Source of the DNA: an uncultured Clostridia bacterium
Lineage (GTDB): Bacteria > Bacillota > Clostridia > TANB77 > CAG-508
Length of the DNA: 50,632 nucleotides
NCBI GenBank assembly: GCA_947596225.1
Contig: CANQEX010000002.1
Location: forward strand, 1-50,632
Direction of reading: 5' to 3'
A program made the translations under genes and the position numbers. Under the pieces are notes generated by a model. The model made no database searches, was not told the origin of the DNA, and saw only the letters and a list, made by a program, of their open reading frames with translations. Shown here one piece after another: positions 44,457 to 50,632 of this stretch. The stretch's first letter is position 1, and the number at the start of each line of letters is the position of its first letter.

Positions 44457-46205
44457 TTATACAGCCAAACTATTATAATATGCTGTATATAATTTATTAT
44501 AATATCCATTTTCTATTTGTAGTAATTCATTATGAGTTCCTTGCTCTATTATTTCACCATTATTTAACACAATAATTTTATCAACATTAATAATTGTAGA
44601 TAATCTATGTGCAATAAAAATTGAAGTTTTTTCTTTAGATATTATAGAAATTGACTCTTGAATTAATTCTTCAGTTTTTGTATCAATATTTGCTGTAGCT
44701 TCATCTAAAATAAATATTGATGGATCATGTGCAAAAATTCTTGCAAATGCTATTAATTGTTTTTGGCCTGCTGAAAAAGAACTCCCTCTTTCATGAGCTA
44801 TTTCATCAATCCCATTTGGTAATGATTCTATAAATTCTTCAGCTGATGATAATCTTATTGTTTCCATAATTGCCTCATCTGATAAATTCTCATTTAACTG
44901 TATATTATCTTTTATGCTTTTAGCAAAAATGAATGGTTCTTGTAAAACAATTCCAATTTTACTTCTAAGAGAACGTAAATTTATATCTTTTATATTTATT
45001 CCATCTATTAAAATTTCACCTTTTTGAATTTCATAAAAACGATTTATTAAATTTATAATTGTAGTTTTTCCAGAGCCTGTTCTTCCTACTAATGCTATAC
45101 TTTCTCCTGGTTCAATTACAAAACTAACATTTTTTAAAACCCATTCTTCTCCTACATAAGCAAACCAAACATTTTTAAATTCAATTTTTCCTTTTATATC
45201 TTGTAATTGTATTCCACTTTTATAATCTTCTAAATACTCTTCCTTTTCTAAAATTTCATATATTTTATTGATAGATACAAATGCTTCTTGTACAGTTTCA
45301 AAATTTTCTACAATTCTTTGAATTGGTTCATATATCTGTTTTAAGTATGTAATAAAAATATAAATAACACCTACATCAAGATTTATATTTAATATATGTT
45401 TTACATTAGCCCAAACAATTAAAGCTACTCCTAAATTTTCAAATATTACCATTAATGCTACTAATAATCCTTCAGTAAAAGATGTTGGAATTCTTGATTT
45501 ATAAAAATCATTACATAATTTTGAACATTCTTTATTTTTTTCGAATTGTCTATTAAAAATTTTTATAACTTTAATACCATAAATTGATTCTGCTAAAAAT
45601 ATATTTAATTTGGTTTTTATCCTTTTAGAATATTCTTGTACTTTTTTAGAAATATGAGTTATTATTATAGATGTAAGTAAAACAAATGGAAGTATACAAA
45701 AGCATAGTAATGATAATTTATAATCAAGAGTTGCCATCATTATTGCAATAACAAGAATCATTACAATATCTTTTACAAAAGTTGTAATTATGTCTTTAAA
45801 AAAATTAATAATATCTTCTACATCACTTGTAATTCTTACAAATAATGTTCCTGAAGATGTCTTATCATGAAAAGTAATATTTGCTAATTGTATATATTTA
45901 AATAATTTATTTCTTAAAGAATATATTACACTTTCTCCAAGCATACTTGTCGTAGTTGTAACTATAAAGTCTAATATATTTCCAATTAATAATATTGCTA
46001 TATATATTGCACCTATTATTCCTATTGTCATAACTCCTTTTTGCCACACACCTATACTTAAATAATCATCTATTACTATTTTAATTAAATATGGTTTTAC
46101 AACTTCTCCAATATTTATTATTATTGCTAAAATAGATATTATGACTATTGCTTTAATTTGTGGTTTTAACATTTTATATATCCTATATAATGTTTTATTC
46201 TTCAT
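44457..46205 (-). CDS. ABC exporter, fused permease/ATPase half-transporter (subunit 2 of a heterodimer), 582 aa
   Basis: Six-TM domain. Walker A GRTGSGKTT, signature FSAGQKQL, Walker B IFILDEATA. I prefer the ATG at 46205, 5 nt after GGAGG (the track ORF starts at 46217). Confidence 0.85.
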   Translation of the reverse strand: MKNKTLYRIYKMLKPQIKAIVIISILAIIINIGEVVKPYLIKIVIDDYLSIGVWQKGVMTIGIIGAIYIAILLIGNILDFIVTTTTSMLGESVIYSLRNKLFKYIQLANITFHDKTSSGTLFVRITSDVEDIINFFKDIITTFVKDIVMILVIAIMMATLDYKLSLLCFCILPFVLLTSIIITHISKKVQEYSKRIKTKLNIFLAESIYGIKVIKIFNRQFEKNKECSKLCNDFYKSRIPTSFTEGLLVALMVIFENLGVALIVWANVKHILNINLDVGVIYIFITYLKQIYEPIQRIVENFETVQEAFVSINKIYEILEKEEYLEDYKSGIQLQDIKGKIEFKNVWFAYVGEEWVLKNVSFVIEPGESIALVGRTGSGKTTIINLINRFYEIQKGEILIDGINIKDINLRSLRSKIGIVLQEPFIFAKSIKDNIQLNENLSDEAIMETIRLSSAEEFIESLPNGIDEIAHERGSSFSAGQKQLIAFARIFAHDPSIFILDEATANIDTKTEELIQESISIISKEKTSIFIAHRLSTIINVDKIIVLNNGEIIEQGTHNELLQIENGYYNKLYTAYYNSLAV

Positions 46206-46223
46206 CTTTTCCTCCATAATAAA

Positions 46224-47972
46224 TCAAACTAGTAAATTCAATTCTTCTTGTGTTGCAGATTGTTCATTATAAAATTCACTGTAAATACCATCATTACAAA
46301 GTAATTCTTCATGAGTTCCTTCTTCAACAATTTTTCCTTTGTCAAAAACAATAATTTTATCACTATACTTAACATCTGATACCTTATTTGAAATTATAAT
46401 ACAACTTTTTCCATCTGCTAATTTCTTTATATTTTTTAATAATTGTTCAGAGGTTTTATTATCTAATGCTGAAAAAACATCATCAAATATCAATATTCTA
46501 CTATTCTTTAAAAATGCTCTTGAAATTGCAATTCTTTGTTTTTGTCCTCCTGATAAATCCCCTCCTCTTTCACCTATAACTGTATTAATCCCTTTAGGCA
46601 TATTTTGAATATCTTCATAAACAATGGCTTTTTTCGTACTTTCTTTTATTTCACTTTCTTGATAATCATCCTTAAATAAGCTTACATTATCTTTTATTGT
46701 AGATGAAAACAAAAAATTATCTTGTGTTATATAACAAATATTATTCCTTATAATTTCTATTGGTATTTCATTTATATCTCTACCATCTATCATTATTTTT
46801 CCATTTGGAACACTATATAGTTTAGTTAGTAAATTCATTAAAGTTGTTTTTCCACTTCCTATAGTTCCAATTATTCCCAATGTTTCGCCTTTTTTTAATT
46901 CCAAATTTATATTTTGTAATGAATTATCTACTATACCTGGATAATTAAAATTTAAATTTTTTATAATTATATTTCCATCTAATTTATCTTTTATTAAATT
47001 ATTTTTTTCATTATTTTTTTCGGTTTCTAAATTATAAATTACTTCAAGTCTTTTATAAGAAACTTGTGCTCTTTTAAATCTTGAAATCAAATTAGGTAAC
47101 CAACTTATTGGTCCTACAAATAATCCTATATATCCATTAAATGCAACTAAACTTCCAATAGTTATTACATCATCAACCACTAGTTTTGAACCATAAATTA
47201 ATGAAATTGAATAACATAAACCGAAACAAATATTTAAACAAATTTGTAATAAATTTGAAAAAACATCTACTGTATTATCACTTTGGAAAACCTTTTTATT
47301 TTTTCTAATAAATTCTTTTATTTGATCTCCTTCACAAGAATATGCTTTTGTTGTTCTAATACTATCTGTACCTTCCTGTATAAATTCAGACATTTTAGTA
47401 AACATTTCTTGTGATTTATTAAAACTTTTTTCAACATATTTTTTTATTTTAACAACTGAATATGAACCAAGTATAATTGGTATAAGTACAGCAATAGTTA
47501 AATTTAAATTTACAGTATAACTCATTTGAAATATTGCAATTATGAATGTAAATAATATTCTTGTTCCATGAGATGTTATTCTGTATGCAAAACTTCTAAT
47601 TTCATTTATATCTTTAACAAAATAAGACATTATTTCACCATTTTTAATATTTTGAATATCTTTTAATTTTAGCCTTAAAAATCTTTTAAACAAATTAATT
47701 TTTAAATCCATTTCAAAGCCTCTTGAAACAACTGTTTCAAACACTTTCCATATAACTCTTACAAACAACAAAACAATACATATTCCTATCAAGTAATATG
47801 TATTGTTTATTATGATTTGCTTATTATTTTCCATATCATATAATAAATCTACTATTTTTCCAATAATTTTAGCTGGAAATGTTAAAAGATATATGTTTAT
47901 TCCTATAAATATAAATTCTAAAATAAGTTGTATTTTATATTTTTTTATTATATTAATAATAACTTGTTTCAT
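46224..47972 (-). CDS. ABC exporter, fused permease/ATPase half-transporter (subunit 1 of a heterodimer), 582 aa
   Basis: Six-TM domain. Walker A GTIGSGKTT, signature LSGGQKQR, Walker B ILIFDDVFSA. I prefer the ATG at 47972 (MKQVIINIIKKYK). The longer track ORF (to 48083) would overlap the upstream small ORF. Confidence 0.8.
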   Translation of the reverse strand: MKQVIINIIKKYKIQLILEFIFIGINIYLLTFPAKIIGKIVDLLYDMENNKQIIINNTYYLIGICIVLLFVRVIWKVFETVVSRGFEMDLKINLFKRFLRLKLKDIQNIKNGEIMSYFVKDINEIRSFAYRITSHGTRILFTFIIAIFQMSYTVNLNLTIAVLIPIILGSYSVVKIKKYVEKSFNKSQEMFTKMSEFIQEGTDSIRTTKAYSCEGDQIKEFIRKNKKVFQSDNTVDVFSNLLQICLNICFGLCYSISLIYGSKLVVDDVITIGSLVAFNGYIGLFVGPISWLPNLISRFKRAQVSYKRLEVIYNLETEKNNEKNNLIKDKLDGNIIIKNLNFNYPGIVDNSLQNINLELKKGETLGIIGTIGSGKTTLMNLLTKLYSVPNGKIMIDGRDINEIPIEIIRNNICYITQDNFLFSSTIKDNVSLFKDDYQESEIKESTKKAIVYEDIQNMPKGINTVIGERGGDLSGGQKQRIAISRAFLKNSRILIFDDVFSALDNKTSEQLLKNIKKLADGKSCIIISNKVSDVKYSDKIIVFDKGKIVEEGTHEELLCNDGIYSEFYNEQSATQEELNLLV

Positions 47973-47982
47973 AATTTTAGTC

Positions 47983-48150
47983 CTACGTATTATTCTCCTT
48001 CTTATCAATTTTATCATATAAATTATCTGTATTAAATCCAATAATATTTTGTTGTATTTGATTATTTGATAATTGTTGTTCAAATTTTCTTTGTATATTC
48101 ATTAATTCAATTTCGTCTTTAAATCCAATTTCATCAAATTCAAATTTCAT
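47983..48150 (-). CDS. hypothetical small acidic peptide, 55 aa
   Basis: AAGGGGG lies 8 nt upstream of the ATG at 48150. The peptide is MKFEFDEIGFKDEIELMNIQRKFEQQLSNNQIQQNIIGFNTDNLYDKIDKKENNT. Its stop lies 10 nt upstream of the ABC gene start. No Cys and no signal peptide. Confidence 0.45.
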   Translation of the reverse strand: MKFEFDEIGFKDEIELMNIQRKFEQQLSNNQIQQNIIGFNTDNLYDKIDKKENNT

Positions 48151-48216
48151 AAACAATTCCCCCTTATTTATAAAAGTATATTCTATAAACAAAAAAATTA
48201 CAATATTTTTGTAGAA

Positions 48217-49158
48217 TTATACTATTTCTAATCCACAATTTCTACTCATATCGTGAAATAATTCATTATTATCTTGTTTTAAAATTACTGTGATATTAGC
48301 TGTTACACTTTCTAAAATATCTTTATTCATTTTTCCTTTTACAGGTGCTAACAATTTATTACCATTATCATAATTAGATTTTATATTAAGCAAATATTTA
48401 TCCTTTTTCAAACTTATATCAAAACTTTTATCATTAATTAAATATTTTTCTATTTTGGTATTATTATAAGTGGTAAATTTAAATTCTTCATTTTCAGTTT
48501 TCAAAACACAAATAATTCCTTTAAAATTAAAAAACTTAAATGGTATATCAGCAATTGATAACATAAAACTACTTTTTGTTTTATTGAAATTATTTCCTTG
48601 ACACCATATATAACTTTTAGGGAAAGAACTTCCCCAATCTTTTTCTATATATCCAATTCCTTTATTAAACTCTATTTCTTCACTATTAATATTAATTTTA
48701 CCTATTATATCATTTTGCATATTAATTATTGCATGATTACATTCCATAAATGGTATATATGAAAATGGTCCCATAATATTTGGATTTAAAATATTTGTAC
48801 TAATATTTTTAGTATTGGAATATTTTAGATTTCCATAAATTTGAAGTTTCTGTATATCATCAGAAATTTCAATATGAATACCTTCTTTTGTGAATATAGA
48901 TTTTCCTATTTGAATTTTAAATGGCACATGACAAAATTTAAATTCTTTAATATCATAATTTATAAAATATGATAAATTATTTGTAATTACTTGTATAAAA
49001 GCTTTTTTATTTTTTCCCTCTATATTTATTCCTGGTATAAAACAAATAGATTTTTCTTTATTAGTATTTTTAAAATACCAACCTTCAAAGTAATTTTTAT
49101 TTAAACAATTTTCACCTTGAAATAGTTCTTGATTTTTAATTAAAAACAATTTATTCAT
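48217..49158 (-). CDS. tocopherol cyclase-like family protein, 313 aa
   Basis: NYFEGWYFK near the N-terminus matches the FFEGWYF(K/R) signature of the tocopherol cyclase (VTE1/slr1737) superfamily. No clear SD upstream of the ATG. Confidence 0.5.
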   Translation of the reverse strand: MNKLFLIKNQELFQGENCLNKNYFEGWYFKNTNKEKSICFIPGINIEGKNKKAFIQVITNNLSYFINYDIKEFKFCHVPFKIQIGKSIFTKEGIHIEISDDIQKLQIYGNLKYSNTKNISTNILNPNIMGPFSYIPFMECNHAIINMQNDIIGKININSEEIEFNKGIGYIEKDWGSSFPKSYIWCQGNNFNKTKSSFMLSIADIPFKFFNFKGIICVLKTENEEFKFTTYNNTKIEKYLINDKSFDISLKKDKYLLNIKSNYDNGNKLLAPVKGKMNKDILESVTANITVILKQDNNELFHDMSRNCGLEIV

Positions 49159-49247
49159 ATTAATATTTTTTTACAAAACTTGTAAATTTATACAAAATAT
49201 AAAAGATAGTAATTCGTCCAAATTACCATCTCTTACATTTTGAATAA

Positions 49248-49604
49248 TTAATGACATCCAAGCAATATCATTTTGTTCAAAACTCTGTTTAACTGCTCTT
49301 TACATTTAAGCAATTTTGTCTTTTCAGCAACTGTTTTAGCATATTTAAAATTTATATATTTTCGCATAATAAAAATCTGCATTTTTTGAAATATATTATC
49401 TGGTTGAATGGAACTTGCAGTAGAAATATTTTCTTCCCACTCCGAAATATCACTTTCAATTAGATTCAATGCTAAATCAAGTTGTTCACTAGCGCCCCTC
49501 AATTGAGTCATATGAAAATTCATATTTGTTCTTACTTTAGAGTTGAAAAATTCTAGATTTTCATATTTTTTTATTAACCGCATCAAAATATGTATATCTC
49601 TCAC
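49248..49604 (-). CDS. hypothetical helical protein, 118 aa, GTG start
   Basis: The ORF starts at GTG, with AAGGGGA 9 nt upstream. Predicted all-helical. No family recognised. Confidence 0.5.
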   Translation of the reverse strand: MRDIHILMRLIKKYENLEFFNSKVRTNMNFHMTQLRGASEQLDLALNLIESDISEWEENISTASSIQPDNIFQKMQIFIMRKYINFKYAKTVAEKTKLLKCKEQLNRVLNKMILLGCH

Positions 49605-49765
49605 GATATCTTTTCCCCTTTCTTGGTTATTAGAACAATTATAGCATTATTTTTTTAAATTTCAACTATTAAATTGTAAAAAATTTGAATTTAATAAAAT
49701 GTATGTTTTTTTAAAAAAGAAATATAATATCTATATATACTTTTTTTTAATAATGGAGGTATATT

Positions 49766-49960
49766 GTGAAAATTTTATATTATATAACACTTGCTTTAGT
49801 AATAATTGGAGCTTTAAACTGGCTTCTTATTGGGCTATTAAATTTTAACTTAGTTTCTGCAATTTTTGGAAATATGTCTGTATTAAGTAGAATTATATAT
49901 ACCTTAGTTGGTGTATCTGGAATTATTTGTTTAGGATTATATAGTAAAATAAATGACTAA
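49766..49960 (+). CDS. DUF378 domain-containing membrane protein, 64 aa, GTG start
   Basis: LALVIIGALNWLLIGLLNFNLVSAIFG....SRIIYTLVGVSGI is the DUF378 pattern. A GGAGG SD precedes the GTG. Confidence 0.8.
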   Translation: MKILYYITLALVIIGALNWLLIGLLNFNLVSAIFGNMSVLSRIIYTLVGVSGIICLGLYSKIND

Positions 49961-49973
49961 AGTAAGTATAAAG

Positions 49974-50007
49974 AAAGTGTTAACTATAGATTATATGTTA
50001 ACACTTT
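49974..50007 (+). terminator. intrinsic terminator of the DUF378 gene
   Basis: 11-bp stem AAAGTGTTAAC / GTTAACACTTT with a 12-nt loop, followed by TATTTTATTTT. Confidence 0.55.
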
Positions 50008-50190
50008 TATTTTATTTTACAAAATTTATTTCTTCATTTATCTTTTTTTAATAATAGATATCTTTTATTCTATACACAGACATAATAATAGCTAAACCAA
50101 TTACATTAACTAAAATCATGTATTTTAAAAGAATCTTTAATTAATATAATTGACATCATAGCTTCACTTGAATTCATACCTAATTTTGTA

Positions 50191-50219
50191 TTGACACGAA
50201 TATTTATTTAATATAAAAT
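50191..50219 (+). promoter_or_regulatory. consensus-like sigma-A promoter
   Basis: TTGACA (50191-50196), 17-nt spacer, TAAAAT (50214-50219). Confidence 0.5.
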
Positions 50220-50259
50220 TTATACAAGTTATTTTTAGATTGGTATTATCTAACTTTCA

Positions 50260-50320
50260 AACAGGTGCATTAATTAGTAAATAATCACTTGTTTATTAGT
50301 TTATGCACCTGTTATTTTTT
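50260..50320 (+). terminator. long leader hairpin plus T-run: terminator of a short transcript, or an attenuator upstream of the 58-aa ORF
   Basis: AACAGGTGCAT (50260-50270) pairs with ATGCACCTGTT (50303-50313). The stem extends about 11 more pairs including G-U, with an 8-nt loop. ATTTTTTAT follows. It lies about 35 nt downstream of the predicted TSS and about 45 nt upstream of the ATG at 50362. Confidence 0.5.
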
Positions 50321-50361
50321 ATAGCAGATGTATAAATACTAATGAAAGGAGGATACATAAG

Positions 50362-50538
50362 ATGCATAAAAACAACAAAGGAAAAGACCATTCTTTATTT
50401 ATAATTGCTATTGTTGCTTTAGTTGCAATTGTTGCTATTACTATATGCTTTTTAGCAACTCAAGATTTCAATTTTAGCAGTTCTATAGATAAAGAAAAGA
50501 TTGAAGTTACAGCACATAACTCCAATCTAATAGAATAA
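50362..50538 (+). CDS. hypothetical single-pass membrane peptide, 58 aa, below the ORF-track cutoff
   Basis: AAAGGAGG lies 9 nt upstream of the ATG. My translation is MHKNNKGKDHSLFIIAIVALVAIVAITICFLATQDFNFSSSIDKEKIEVTAHNSNLIE. A clean terminator follows. Confidence 0.6.
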   Translation: MHKNNKGKDHSLFIIAIVALVAIVAITICFLATQDFNFSSSIDKEKIEVTAHNSNLIE

Positions 50539-50544
50539 CCTTTC

Positions 50545-50572
50545 GACAAGACTTCGGTCTTGTCTTCTTTTT
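50545..50572 (+). terminator. intrinsic terminator
   Basis: Stem GACAAGAC / GTCTTGTC with a TTCG loop, followed by TTCTTTTT. Confidence 0.7.
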
Positions 50573-50632
50573 ATTAATTGTATTTATAATATTTTATGTT
50601 GTCTATAATAATTTGATTACATTTATATTACA

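Noticed and set aside
47973-48192. Longer versions of the ABC subunit ORF (to 48083) and of the small peptide ORF (to 48192).
   Set aside because: The extensions overlap each other in different frames and lack SDs. For the ABC gene they encode an implausible Ile/Arg-rich leader. The internal ATGs at 47972 and 48150 fit the expected N-terminus and a strong SD respectively.
50048-50119. 23-codon hydrophobic minus-strand ORF (MILVNVIGLAIIMSVYRIKDIYY), considered as a type I toxin.
   Set aside because: There is no SD and no convincing promoter. No overlapping antisense transcript is predicted. Such short hydrophobic ORFs are common by chance in AT-rich DNA.
1-50632. Mobile elements, prophage, integrative islands, tRNA genes or CRISPR arrays anywhere in the window.
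   Set aside because: I recognised no transposase, integrase, recombinase, phage structural or cas-like ORFs. I saw no long terminal inverted or direct repeats flanking a block, and no tRNA-like GC islands. Composition looks uniformly AT-rich by eye.

Overview
A 50.6-kb, very AT-rich chromosomal segment from an endospore-forming Bacillota (Clostridia-like) genome. The lineage call rests on spo0A, a BofA-like gene, a SpoVK/CbbX-type AAA+ gene and an Amidase_3 gene. The window opens with the extreme 5' end of a 16S rRNA gene on the minus strand, preceded by two tandem consensus promoters. About 55 protein genes follow, nearly all co-oriented with the rRNA operon on the minus strand. Most are housekeeping:
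- Metabolism: sdaA, deoD, ppaC, upp, pheA, rpiB, an aminotransferase.
- Translation and RNA: rimO, pth, RNase E/G, Sua5/TsaC, rpsT, an RsmB-like methyltransferase.
- Oxidative stress: rubrerythrin plus a Fur/PerR-like regulator.
- Envelope glycopolymer block: TagO/WecA, pyruvyl transferase, an FrhB-like Fe-S protein, GT8 and an unassigned GT-A-like protein.
- Transport: a MATE pump and a heterodimeric ABC exporter.

I saw no tRNA, CRISPR array, transposase, integrase or prophage. The features that known families do not explain are:
- A tightly packed six-gene operon (14757-18693) made only of unrecognisable proteins, including a 428-aa protein built from 11-residue repeats and an HExxH protein. 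This is my best candidate for an undescribed system.
- A perfect 2 x 146-bp intergenic tandem repeat with a GC-rich, GCGA-dense core (4699-4990).
- An apparent +1 frameshift in the first codons of rimO.
- An epsilon/zeta-like toxin pair with an unrecognised small partner.
- A 1086-aa protein with two tandem CbbX/SpoVK AAA+ modules behind a 545-aa unknown N-terminal domain.
- A tocopherol-cyclase-like gene, a 55-aa acidic peptide and two ABC exporter genes in one string.

All family assignments come from reading motifs by eye. No database search was run.
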